Virus record (IMG/VR): IMGVR_UViG_3300037756_000021
Location: 1 to 34,762 of that record
From: a virus
Taxonomy: Duplodnaviria > Caudoviricetes
Direction: 5' to 3' (one strand)
Length of the DNA stretch: 34,762 nucleotides
This document shows, one piece after another, positions 1 through 7,839 of this stretch. Under the pieces are notes generated by a model, which saw nothing but the letters and a program-made list of their open reading frames with translations, ran no database searches and was not told where the DNA came from. The stretch's first letter is position 1. Each line of letters starts with the position of its first letter. The position numbers and the translations under genes are program-made.

Positions 1-35
1 CAGACGAGTTCGTGCGGCTCGGAGGCAGTGCGGGC
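1..35 (+). repeat. 35-bp terminal direct repeat, copy 1 (circular assembly overlap)
   Basis: CAGACGAGTTCGTGCGGCTCGGAGGCAGTGCGGGC is identical to 34728-34762. Confidence 0.97.
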
Positions 36-227
36 CAGCCGCACGACATCGGCGTGGAGTTCCATGAGCGTCGCCAACAGGCGCTCCGAGCCCTGCGCCG
101 GGTCGTCGGCGATGCCTCCCAGAAGTTCGACGCAACCTCGGCAAACGGGGAGCGGACTATCGCCCAGGATCAGGTCATCGGTGCCGTTACACCGGCAGCA
201 GTGCTTCTCGGGCAGGCGGGCGGTCAT
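1..227 (-). CDS. 80-aa Cys-rich hypothetical protein spanning the junction (227->1, then 34727->34712)
   Basis: ATG at 227 overlaps the stop of 224..694 (ATGA). It reads MTARLPEKHCCRCNG...VCRGCVE...HELV|WEWVA* and stops 1 nt before the GTG at 34710. Two CxxC motifs. Confidence 0.8.
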   Translation of the reverse strand, partial: MTARLPEKHCCRCNGTDDLILGDSPLPVCRGCVELLGGIADDPAQGSERLLATLMELHADVVRLARTASEPHELV

Positions 228-694
228 GGCTCGGTGACCGTCGCAATGAGGCTCGCCACGGAAACCGCCGCGAGAATCGTCCCGATGATCGAGCCGACGA
301 TCAGGAAGATGGCCCGCTGGGCGGTCAGGGTGGAGGTCACGCCGCGCTCCCGAGCATCGCGGGCCAGCTGCCACGTCTCGACGTTCGCGATCCGAGCCTC
401 GGTCGGCTTGACCTCCGCGAACAGCTCGGCGCGCAGGCCGTCGTGCTTGGCCTGGTACTCGGTCTTGAGCACGAACGCGGCGCGAAGATCGGAGATGGTC
501 GCCCGCCATTCGTTCGACTCACGCTTGTATTCCGACAGCGAGCGGGCGAGTTCGATGTGGACGCGATCGTGGCTGGTCCAGTGTTCGAGCTCAAGCGCCT
601 TCTGGCCGGCGATCCGCTCGTCGCGGAGCTCCAGTTGGGCGTAGATGACCTCGTGAGCAGCGTCGCAGCGGTCGAGGTTCTTACGCCTCGGCAC
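224..694 (-). CDS. Coiled-coil protein with C-terminal transmembrane helix (lysis-cassette/holin-like)
   Basis: Charged helical body followed by hydrophobic AIFLIVGSIIGTILAAVSVASLIATV. First gene of the late arm. Confidence 0.7.
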   Translation of the reverse strand: MPRRKNLDRCDAAHEVIYAQLELRDERIAGQKALELEHWTSHDRVHIELARSLSEYKRESNEWRATISDLRAAFVLKTEYQAKHDGLRAELFAEVKPTEARIANVETWQLARDARERGVTSTLTAQRAIFLIVGSIIGTILAAVSVASLIATVTEP

Positions 695-845
695 AACGAA
701 CCCCGGAGCGTGAGGTCATTCACAAGCCGCCGGACGGAGTTGGCGTCAGGGGCGCAACTCTCTGGACGCGGGGAACAGGCGCGCTACAATCGCACAGAAG
801 CCATTAGGCCACGCCGGGATGCTCGTTAGCTACTACCTAGGTAGC
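695..845 (-). promoter_or_regulatory. Early/late intergenic control region with perfect palindrome CTACCTAGGTAG (833-844) and GAGTTG...CAACTC hairpin (737-760)
   Basis: One of very few non-coding gaps. The palindromes are read directly from the sequence; the regulatory role is inferred. Confidence 0.5.
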
Positions 846-1262
846 GAGTCTGGCCTCCGCCAAGCGCGCATTGTGCTCCCGCGTCTGGCGCATCTGTTCC
901 ATTAGGCGCGTCCGATCCGAACCACCAACGTGACCCTTCCACATGGCGTCGAGCATGTTGTCGGCAGCCGTCCCGAGATATAGATGATCGGGCCGAATGC
1001 ACGGCGGGTTATCGCAGTGGTGGCAGACGTACAAACCAGGAGGGATCGGACCAATGAACAGTTCATAGGACGCCCGATGAGCGAACGCCTGCCTGCTACC
1101 GCCAATTGAGACGCGCCCGTACCCAAAACTCTCTCGTCTCCGCTGCCACTCCCAGCACCCGGCCTCGGTCACGAGTACGGCATTCTGTATACGCGCCCAG
1201 ACTACGCGCCGGTTCTCGTCCGTAATGATCCGCCCGAAGGTTCCGGTATGTCCCTTACTCAC
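837..1262 (-). CDS. HNH homing-type endonuclease (HNH_3-like)
   Basis: CWEW...GYG...AHRASY...VCHHCDNPPCIRPDHLYLGTAADN motif. GTG at 1262 overlaps the upstream stop. Confidence 0.9.
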   Translation of the reverse strand: MSKGHTGTFGRIITDENRRVVWARIQNAVLVTEAGCWEWQRRRESFGYGRVSIGGSRQAFAHRASYELFIGPIPPGLYVCHHCDNPPCIRPDHLYLGTAADNMLDAMWKGHVGGSDRTRLMEQMRQTREHNARLAEARLAT

Positions 1263-1462
1263 GCCATGATCCGCCGGGCAAGCACATCCGCGAGCTGGGC
1301 GTTGGTGGTTACGTTGTAGAGATCCCGGAGCGCCGCAATCCGCTTCCTGACGGTGATCTCGTGCACGCCTAATTTTACCGCAGCCCGCTTCATGGAACCA
1401 GTCTTTAGATACGTGTCCCACGCTGCGAGCTCGGCGGCGGTGGGCTGGTCGGTGGGGGTCAC
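1259..1462 (-). CDS. Stand-alone LuxR/NarL-type HTH DNA-binding protein
   Basis: PTAAELAAW...SMKRAAVKLGVHEITVRKRIAALRDLYNVTTNAQL resembles the LuxR C-terminal HTH. Confidence 0.75.
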   Translation of the reverse strand: MTPTDQPTAAELAAWDTYLKTGSMKRAAVKLGVHEITVRKRIAALRDLYNVTTNAQLADVLARRIMA

Positions 1463-1782
1463 GCGGCGATGTGCTCCGGGTACAGCTTTTCGTACCGGCG
1501 CAACGCGGCTCGGAGGGTGAGCAGTTCGGCAGTCTCAGACCATTCGAGGCGTTCCAGCGCCCGCGCCGCTTCGACGATGGGTCGAACATCATTCCAGAGC
1601 GAGACGTAGCCCATGAGGACTTCGATCTGTTCCTCGATGGCCCGCTCAGCGATCGTCTTGCCGCACCGCGGACACCAGATCCGCAAGTAGGCGTACAGCC
1701 CGAATACTTCCTCCGGGAGCATCGTCGTCGACGGTTCGGCGTGGCCCCGGAATCGGCAGATCAAACGCCCGATGATGCTCAC
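1459..1782 (-). CDS. Hypothetical Zn-binding protein (LICRFRGH...CPRCG; DUF1660-like)
   Basis: C-x4-H ... CxxC pattern; GTGA coupling on both sides. Confidence 0.65.
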   Translation of the reverse strand: MSIIGRLICRFRGHAEPSTTMLPEEVFGLYAYLRIWCPRCGKTIAERAIEEQIEVLMGYVSLWNDVRPIVEAARALERLEWSETAELLTLRAALRRYEKLYPEHIAA

Positions 1783-2084
1783 GTCGGCTCCTCTCCGGCC
1801 TCCTGGTGGGCTAGGGCGGCACGGAGGTCGACGAGAGCGGCTTTCGGCACGACCGCGATGACCGCCGATTCGCCGCTGCCATCCCGCTCGTAGTAGCGAC
1901 CCTCCTGGATAACGACATCACGCGCCGCGTTCCGCAGACGGAGGAACGTCCTCACATCGAGCGTCTCATCGGCTAGGAACGCAGCCCGCAGCTCGCCCAG
2001 CGTCACCTTGAGCGTCGCGTCGTCCGGCATCTGGCGGTTCCACAACAAGTCCCGAAGTCGCTCCTCTGGCGTCTCACCCATCAC
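1779..2084 (-). CDS. Hypothetical protein
   Basis: Coupled ORF in the early operon. Confidence 0.65.
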   Translation of the reverse strand: MMGETPEERLRDLLWNRQMPDDATLKVTLGELRAAFLADETLDVRTFLRLRNAARDVVIQEGRYYERDGSGESAVIAVVPKAALVDLRAALAHQEAGEEPT

Positions 2085-2374
2085 TCGCTCCCATCTGTCG
2101 GCGAGGGTCGCGGCGGAAGGTGACGCGCACGGCGCTCCGCAAGCTGGGGCGGGACGTCCAGCTCAAGGTCATAGACCTCGTCGACGGAATCGCCTAAGCC
2201 CCCGGTCCCGTTGTCCCCGATGTGGTCGACGATGTGCCAGATGTCCTCGCCCGCCATCACGTAGCGCGGGTAATTGTCGTAATCGAAGTTGTCGCGGCCG
2301 ACGATGAGCCAGCGTGCCCCCCTGCGCTGCGCCTCGGCCACCCAGCCTTCGATGTCCTGGCGTGTCGCGGTCAT
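2081..2374 (-). CDS. Hypothetical protein (MTATRQDIEGW...)
   Basis: Strong RBS AAGGAGGT upstream of ATG 2374. Confidence 0.75.
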   Translation of the reverse strand: MTATRQDIEGWVAEAQRRGARWLIVGRDNFDYDNYPRYVMAGEDIWHIVDHIGDNGTGGLGDSVDEVYDLELDVPPQLAERRARHLPPRPSPTDGSE

Positions 2375-2393
2375 GTCGCCATACCTCCTTCGG

Positions 2394-3269
2394 TCATCGG
2401 TCCGTCGGCGGCAAGGTGACCGCCGGCCCCACCGACACCTCGACCAGCACATCGATTCTGCCCCTGCTCAATGGTGCCAGCTCCTCGAAAGCCGACGGTG
2501 AGAGGTCGATTGCGTTGTGCGTCCCTCGGCACTGGCAGAAGCTGACCACGGTCACGTCGACGTAGTCCTGGCCGTGCCACACGCGCACAAGGTACGGCTC
2601 GTCACCCCAGCGGAAGCCGAACACCGCGCCGAGCTTCGAGTTGCCGCCCCACGACTGGCACTGCGTTTTCGTAGGCGCGCACCACGTCGCGGAGGCGTTG
2701 TAGATAGCCGAGAGCTCGCCGGTTGGAGTTGGGGCGTCGGCTGCCGGGAAGGGAGGAGCCCATCGATCCGACGCCCCGGTCTGCCGCTGGCCCGTTCCGC
2801 TAGGCGTTGCCGAGGCCGTCATCAAAACCCCGGACGTTCCAGTGGACGGGATAACAGCGGCAGACCGCGGAGCCGCATCGTCGCGGGGTGCCGCAAGTCC
2901 CGACAAGATGATCACGAGCGCGACCACGAGGTACGGCAACACGGAGCAGCCCCGGCGGCGGGTGGGCTCCGGGTCGTCGGGCAACCGGCGTTGGTTGTTC
3001 GAGAGAACCCCCATTCCGGGTTCGCCCTGGACACGCGGATCCCAGTCGTCGTCGGTGACGGCGAGCGGATCGGCGGCCATGTGAGTGGTGCGTTCCAGCG
3101 CGGAACGCTCAATCTCCTCCACCACGACCGTCGGGACGTGGTACCAGTGCTTGATCGCCGTCACCGGATCGTGCAGCGGGATCACCGTCCACGACGTGAT
3201 GTGGTTGGCGGTCCGGTACTTGTGGGTGTTCGGGCCGTCCTGGTAGCCCACACCGTCTCCGTGCGTCAT
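2394..3269 (-). CDS. Membrane-anchored RlpA/expansin-like double-psi beta-barrel protein
   Basis: TM helix (VLPYLVVALVIILSGLAA), Pro/Thr linker, then ATW...VRV...VDVTVVSFC...AIDLSPSAFEELAPLSRGRIDV. Start taken at the ATGA overlap at 3269. Confidence 0.75.
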   Translation of the reverse strand: MTHGDGVGYQDGPNTHKYRTANHITSWTVIPLHDPVTAIKHWYHVPTVVVEEIERSALERTTHMAADPLAVTDDDWDPRVQGEPGMGVLSNNQRRLPDDPEPTRRRGCSVLPYLVVALVIILSGLAAPRDDAAPRSAAVIPSTGTSGVLMTASATPSGTGQRQTGASDRWAPPFPAADAPTPTGELSAIYNASATWCAPTKTQCQSWGGNSKLGAVFGFRWGDEPYLVRVWHGQDYVDVTVVSFCQCRGTHNAIDLSPSAFEELAPLSRGRIDVLVEVSVGPAVTLPPTDR

Positions 3270-3724
3270 CCCGGCACGCACACGCAGCCGTCCTTGCGGA
3301 GGTCGGCATCGCAGTTGGGACCGTGTTGCGGGGCGGTCAGGCGGGCGGCGAGGGCACGGAGGGCGACGGCGGGGGTGGGGCCAAGACCGACCGGAGCGCC
3401 GCCGCGGCGAAGGGTTGGCGGTGTTGCAAACGCAGCGTAGTTGTCCGGGTGTTGCGCGACCGATAGACGCCACCCTTCCGGTAGCGCCGCTTCCGCTTCC
3501 GCCCATGCCGCGTCCAGTCCCTCTGGTGCGAGGCTGTCGATCCCGGCGGTCGCAGGGTCGTCGCGAACAGCCGTAAGTGCGTCAATCCAGCCACGCCGGT
3601 AGTGCGGGCTGACCTCGATGTACTTCGCCGGGTCGTCGATCGCCGCAATGGCCTTGTCCAGCGCCAGCCGCGACAGTACCTCGCGGCGTAGGTCCCGCCG
3701 TGCCTCGGCCAACCTGTCAGTCAC
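3266..3724 (-). CDS. Hypothetical protein, possible phage ABA-sandwich-like C-terminal domain
   Basis: DAAWAEAEAALPEGWRL...GPTPAVALRALAA pattern; coupled ORF. Confidence 0.6.
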   Translation of the reverse strand: MTDRLAEARRDLRREVLSRLALDKAIAAIDDPAKYIEVSPHYRRGWIDALTAVRDDPATAGIDSLAPEGLDAAWAEAEAALPEGWRLSVAQHPDNYAAFATPPTLRRGGAPVGLGPTPAVALRALAARLTAPQHGPNCDADLRKDGCVCVPG

Positions 3725-4115
3725 TGGGGGCCTCCTGTCGGGGCTGGGCGGCGAGACTGCAGCACGCGCTACCTGCTGACGAACCTGAGCCGTCGCACCA
3801 TTCGTCGTGCAGCGCCGCTGGCTGGAAGAGTGCGGCGCGGAACCTCGTGCAGTACGGGCTTGGGCATGTCTCGAATGGGCCTTCGCAGGTAGACGCCTTG
3901 AGGCCCCGCACCGTCAGCGCATGTGCATCGCGGGCCGCTTCGTCCAGCGCCGTCCGCAGCCCCGCCTCACCTGGGGTACGGGCGGCGTCCAGCGTGGCGA
4001 GGAGACGCAGCGTGAACGCGTCGCCATCGACCGGATGAGCACGGCGAGCAGCGATGACCATGCGCGTCGTCTGTTCTTCCTCCGCGCTCAGGGGTAGGGC
4101 TGTCTCTCGGGTCAT
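3717..4115 (-). CDS. Hypothetical Cys-containing protein
   Basis: Coupled ORF. Confidence 0.6.
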   Translation of the reverse strand: MTRETALPLSAEEEQTTRMVIAARRAHPVDGDAFTLRLLATLDAARTPGEAGLRTALDEAARDAHALTVRGLKASTCEGPFETCPSPYCTRFRAALFQPAALHDEWCDGSGSSAGSACCSLAAQPRQEAPSD

Positions 4116-4354
4116 AGCTCGGAGTCCTGAAAATGCCAGGCGCGCCGTCTGCGACCGGGACCATGACTATGGTCGCCCCATTCGTGCTCGCTGAGGTTTA
4201 CCGTCTCGACGCCGAGCGAAATAAACGCCATTCCTTGCCATGCTTCCTGAACAGCGGCTAGTGCCTCGGCCTCAGTCGCAGCCTGATCGAGCCGCACCCA
4301 GTAGTCGCCGTCCTCGTTTTCGTACACCGTCGGGGGCTGGGTTTTGAGGATCAT
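4112..4354 (-). CDS. Hypothetical protein
   Basis: ATGA overlaps at both ends; GGAGG RBS. Confidence 0.7.
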   Translation of the reverse strand: MILKTQPPTVYENEDGDYWVRLDQAATEAEALAAVQEAWQGMAFISLGVETVNLSEHEWGDHSHGPGRRRRAWHFQDSEL

Positions 4355-4587
4355 GAGATTGGCCTCCCCTGGTAGTAACCGACGCGCGGTTTGCGACCCT
4401 CCTTGACGGCATGACCGACCTCGGCGGCGTGCTCCGCGACCCGCACCTGACCGGCTGCAATCGCCGCTTCGAGCGTGTCGCCCTCAGCGGTGTCGAGCCA
4501 TGCACACCACGGGCAGGACAATCGCGCTCGCTTCACCTTTCGGGGCTGAGCTTCGGGGGTCATGCGGGCCGGCGATTCTTGCGTCAT
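4351..4587 (-). CDS. C2H2-type Zn-finger microprotein (CPWC...H...GH)
   Basis: ATG 4587 with AAGGAG RBS and ATGA overlap. Confidence 0.65.
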   Translation of the reverse strand: MTQESPARMTPEAQPRKVKRARLSCPWCAWLDTAEGDTLEAAIAAGQVRVAEHAAEVGHAVKEGRKPRVGYYQGRPIS

Positions 4588-4778
4588 CGCGTCTCCTTCG
4601 CTTTCGCCGTCGTCTTGCGCTCGGCGATCGGCTCTGCGTCCGCGACGGCACCGACGCCCACCAGGGCGGTCAGCGCATGGCTGCCGCCCGTGCCGTAGCC
4701 GGCGACGCGGCCGCGAGCGTGCGGCTCGTTCTTGCTCCACTGCGGCTTGCCGTCGCGGTAGCCGATGACGGTTCTCAC
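4584..4778 (-). CDS. Hypothetical protein (MRTVIGYRDGKPQW...)
   Basis: GTGA overlap at 4775-4778. Confidence 0.55.
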   Translation of the reverse strand: MRTVIGYRDGKPQWSKNEPHARGRVAGYGTGGSHALTALVGVGAVADAEPIAERKTTAKAKETR

Positions 4779-5137
4779 CGCAAGGCCGCCTGGACGCGAC
4801 CGGCGGTCATGTCCGAGGGCCGCCAGACGACCGTCTCGAGGCCGGCAGCGGCGAGCGTCTGGAGGACAGCTACCTGGTCCGCGGTCAGCGGATCCCCGAT
4901 CTCGCGCTTGACCTCGACGGCCAACAATCGCCGCTTGCGGGGGTGCGCCAGGAACAGGTCCGGCCAGCCCTTGCCGAGCGGGCCCTCGACCGGCGTGCGC
5001 CAACCGCGTTGCGTCTGGGCGGGCCGGAAGTGGACCCATTGCCAGCCGTAGATGTGGGCGAGCTCCGCAATCTGCGCCTGGAACGCGGCGCCGGTCATCT
5101 TGCGATCGGCCTGCTCGGCCGGGGTCAGGCGGGTCAT
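4775..5137 (-). CDS. VRR-NUC (PD-(D/E)xK) nuclease, putative Holliday junction resolvase
   Basis: FQAQI...GWPDLFL...AVEVK...LTADQ...VWRP signature. Confidence 0.88.
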   Translation of the reverse strand: MTRLTPAEQADRKMTGAAFQAQIAELAHIYGWQWVHFRPAQTQRGWRTPVEGPLGKGWPDLFLAHPRKRRLLAVEVKREIGDPLTADQVAVLQTLAAAGLETVVWRPSDMTAGRVQAALR

Positions 5138-5790
5138 GTCGACGCCCCGGCAGGGTCGCCCGGATAGTCCAAGACCCGGAGGTTGATCTGATCCGGCTCA
5201 ACGCAAAGCTGTGCCTTGATGTAGCCACGGTTGGGCAGGCGCTGAAACGGCGATCGTCGGAAGGACGCGATCTCTGACCACCCGGCGACCACACCATGAC
5301 CACAGGTCCATGCATGACCCGCTTCGCACGTGTAGAACCCGAGATACCAATCGGGCTTGATTTGCCAGATGGCCCATGGCAGGAAGCCGTCACTGTGCGG
5401 TTGAACACACAACTGATCCCATGCGCCATCAGGCAGCGGCCAGCCCCGGTGTTGCCCGATCCCCACCGGCCAGATCAGTTCCCGTCGTGTGTACTTAGGA
5501 CGCCAAGCAGCTTCGATGGCCTGGAGATGCCGTACGGATCGCTGGAGTCGGGTCGGGATCGCTGCCGGGATAACGCCTTCGGGGAGCGAGATCAGTCCAG
5601 CACGCTTCCCGTTATTGCACTCCCGACAAGCCGTGACCAGGTTGGTTGCGTCGTCCGATCCGCCCAGCGATCGTGGCAGGACGTGATCGACCTCAAGGGC
5701 AACCTCGGGTGGCTTCCGTCCACAATATGCACACGTAAAGTTGTCCCGTTCGAGGACGCGGATCCGCAGCCAACCGCTCAGTTTGCCCAT
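5134..5790 (-). CDS. HNH endonuclease (McrA/HNH_5-like N-terminus)
   Basis: LRIRVLERDNFTCAYCG...VDHVLPRSLGG...NLVTACRECNNGK. ATG at 5790 (TGATG overlap). Confidence 0.9.
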   Translation of the reverse strand: MGKLSGWLRIRVLERDNFTCAYCGRKPPEVALEVDHVLPRSLGGSDDATNLVTACRECNNGKRAGLISLPEGVIPAAIPTRLQRSVRHLQAIEAAWRPKYTRRELIWPVGIGQHRGWPLPDGAWDQLCVQPHSDGFLPWAIWQIKPDWYLGFYTCEAGHAWTCGHGVVAGWSEIASFRRSPFQRLPNRGYIKAQLCVEPDQINLRVLDYPGDPAGAST

Positions 5791-5993
5791 CAGCAGGACC
5801 CTTTTGCTGACGGTTGCACGCTGACGCTTGCACCTATATATCCGTGCAAGCGTGCAAGCGTGGACATTTGAGCACGAATGGATGCATGTACGCTCTCGCC
5901 TTGGAAGGCGGCGATAGCGGCCACGGTTGCACGGTTGCAGATGATTGCGTGCAAGCGTGTGCAAGCGTGCAAGCGTGCATAGATATGCGTCAT
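5790..5993 (-). CDS. 67-aa ORF running through the iteron array (possibly a coupling bridge only)
   Basis: ATGA overlap with the helicase stop and TGATG overlap with the HNH start; low-complexity ARLH repeats. Confidence 0.4.
   Translation of the reverse strand: MTHIYARLHACTRLHAIICNRATVAAIAAFQGESVHASIRAQMSTLARLHGYIGASVSVQPSAKGSC
5811..5981. repeat. Iteron-like array, about 10 copies of (C)GTGCAA(G/C) in two inverted clusters; putative replication origin
   Basis: CGCTTGCAC-CTATATATCC-GTGCAAGCG inverted repeat (5825-5852); tandem CGTGCAAG at 5843, 5851, 5948, 5966; CGGTTGCA at 5811, 5924, 5932. Lies immediately downstream of the helicase gene. Confidence 0.75.
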
Positions 5994-7120
5994 GCGGTCA
6001 CATCCAAAGGTGGTGTCCACTGGGCCGGAATGGACCAGTAGCGATGGCTGTGGGTCCGGCCTGTCTTGACGTATTCCGTCCGCATCCGACCCATGTTCAG
6101 GAGCTGTTCGATCCGCTTTCGCGGGTCCCGCTTCCACAGTCCGGCCAGATCAGCACGGCTCAACCCGTCACCATCCGTGGGCACGTCGGCCAGGTCTGCA
6201 TCGAGCTCGGCCAGCGCATCGGCCTTGTCCTCCAGCCGGTACGACATGCTGCTGCGCTCGAACGACAGCACGTAGCGTTCGGGCAGGATCACGCGACCCT
6301 GTACGTCGAGCCAGCGGTCGTCGCTGCCTGGCCTGACCCGCGACAGCTCGGCTGCAATGTCAACGGTCGCCAGGATCGCGCCAGAGCCACGGATAGCCTC
6401 GCCGTGCTCGCCGCCGGCCTTGCGGGCGTGGTGGACGAGCACGACGGCCATGTCGGTCGCCTGTGCCAGTGACGTCACACGAGCAACGGCCTTGCTCGCC
6501 TCACTCGCGTCGTTTTCGTTCTGGATCTCGGCCCAGATGGCGAGCGTGTCAATGAACACGAGGCCACCGGGGTTGGATCGCGCCCACTCCGCGATCGCGT
6601 TGAGCACCTGCGGAAACGACAGGCCGGCCATGATCGCTGACCGTCGATCGAGCACCTGGAGCCGGTGCATGTCGTTCGTCTTGTGGACGACGGCTACGCC
6701 GCCCTCCTCCGTCACGAGCAGGACCGGGCCCATCTGCACCGGCCACGAGCCGAGGAAGTCGTCGCCCGTCTCGCAACATCGTTGGAGCTGGGCGGCGAGC
6801 GTGCTTTTGCCGGCCTTCGGGGATCCTGCAACCAGCGTCACGCCGCCGCTGTACGCGATCGGCTTGCAGCGCCATGGGATCGTCGTCGGGACGCTGCCCC
6901 GGTAGAGGTCGATGTCCACGATCAGGTTGGGGTAAAGCTTCATCAGCTCGACCTCGGCCGGCGGCTCCGGTTCCGTATCCGGCGCTGGGCCCGATCCGTT
7001 CGCCGCGCGCTGCACGTAGGCATCCATCGGGTCGACCGTTCGCAGGTTGCGTGGGTCGGCGTCCACATCCTCGAGCCCCCACTGGGCTCGCTGCGCCTGC
7101 TGCTCCGGTGTCCATGTCAC
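5990..7120 (-). CDS. RecA-fold AAA ATPase / RepA-like replicative helicase (AAA_25-like)
   Basis: Walker A GSPKAGKST, Walker B LVFIDT, LVHHARK and RGSGAI motifs; possible C-terminal winged HTH. Confidence 0.88.
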   Translation of the reverse strand: MTWTPEQQAQRAQWGLEDVDADPRNLRTVDPMDAYVQRAANGSGPAPDTEPEPPAEVELMKLYPNLIVDIDLYRGSVPTTIPWRCKPIAYSGGVTLVAGSPKAGKSTLAAQLQRCCETGDDFLGSWPVQMGPVLLVTEEGGVAVVHKTNDMHRLQVLDRRSAIMAGLSFPQVLNAIAEWARSNPGGLVFIDTLAIWAEIQNENDASEASKAVARVTSLAQATDMAVVLVHHARKAGGEHGEAIRGSGAILATVDIAAELSRVRPGSDDRWLDVQGRVILPERYVLSFERSSMSYRLEDKADALAELDADLADVPTDGDGLSRADLAGLWKRDPRKRIEQLLNMGRMRTEYVKTGRTHSHRYWSIPAQWTPPLDVTA

Positions 7121-7338
7121 GCCGCCGTCGCCCGTCTGACGGGCTGCGCCCCGGCGATCGCCTTCGTGATCTGTTCGTCGGTCATGTCGTTACTCGTATC
7201 GCGTGGCGGTTCGTTTGGTGGGGCCGTCCAGCGCCCCTGCTCCCGTAGCTCCCAAATGCTCAGGAGCGGCACGCGGGACGGCCCGGTATACGGAAGCGTC
7301 AGCGGGTCAAAACCCGAGCTCGTCACCGCCTGTCGCAA
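7117..7338 (-). CDS. Hypothetical protein (start uncertain)
   Basis: Fills the gap and its stop overlaps the helicase GTG. Confidence 0.45.
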   Translation of the reverse strand: MRQAVTSSGFDPLTLPYTGPSRVPLLSIWELREQGRWTAPPNEPPRDTSNDMTDEQITKAIAGAQPVRRATAA

Positions 7339-7819
7339 CTCCGGCCAGCGGTGGCGTGGCCGGCGCTCCCGCGAACTCGCCGGGCTGGGTGACGGGTGCC
7401 GCTACGGCAGCCGGCGGCGACGCGGGCTTGCGCACGGGCGGGACCACGTTAGCGACCTTGCTGTAGCCGGCCTCGTTGATCTCGACCGTGACGAAGCACT
7501 CTCGCCCGACCGCCTGCTTGCGTAAATCCGCGAGCCCGATCTTCTCGTCGAGCGCGCGCCCGAGCAGGGCCGTTACCCATGCCCGCATCTTCGAGCGCGG
7601 TCCCGTCGCCAGCGACGTGACGCCATCGAGCACGAGGGCCAGTCCGGGGACCTCGGGGTCCTCGAGGCCGTCGAGCGAGAAGTCCCAGCGAAGCAGCATC
7701 TTGGCGTCGGCCGTGCCCTCGTTGATCTGGAACGGCTCGATCCCCGTCAGCATCGCCGGATAGGTCGCTGGTTCCGCCTTGGGGATCGGCTTGCCAAAGT
7801 TCAGTTCCATGTCAGTCAT
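7307..7819 (-). CDS. Putative ssDNA-binding protein (DUF669/OB-like)
   Basis: ATYPAML...LRWDF...VGRECFVTVE...YSKVANV, then an Ala/Pro linker and acidic-aromatic tail DELGF. Adjacent to YqaJ. Confidence 0.65.
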   Translation of the reverse strand: MTDMELNFGKPIPKAEPATYPAMLTGIEPFQINEGTADAKMLLRWDFSLDGLEDPEVPGLALVLDGVTSLATGPRSKMRAWVTALLGRALDEKIGLADLRKQAVGRECFVTVEINEAGYSKVANVVPPVRKPASPPAAVAAPVTQPGEFAGAPATPPLAGVATGGDELGF

Positions 7820-7839
7820 CGTTCGCGTTTCCTTTCTCG

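Noticed and set aside
695-836. tRNA or known riboswitch in the intergenic gaps (also 12050-12260)
   Set aside because: No cloverleaf, T-loop or recognisable aptamer consensus by eye; an Infernal/Rfam search would be needed to exclude this fully.
999-1017. 19-bp identity with 11516-11534 (GCACGGCGGGTTATCGCAG) as recombination sites flanking the early arm
   Set aside because: Explained by the conserved CDNPPC motif of two paralogous HNH genes.
5811-5981. Repeat array as a mini-CRISPR
   Set aside because: Units are 8 bp, occur in both orientations, and have no unique spacers of regular length; no cas genes.
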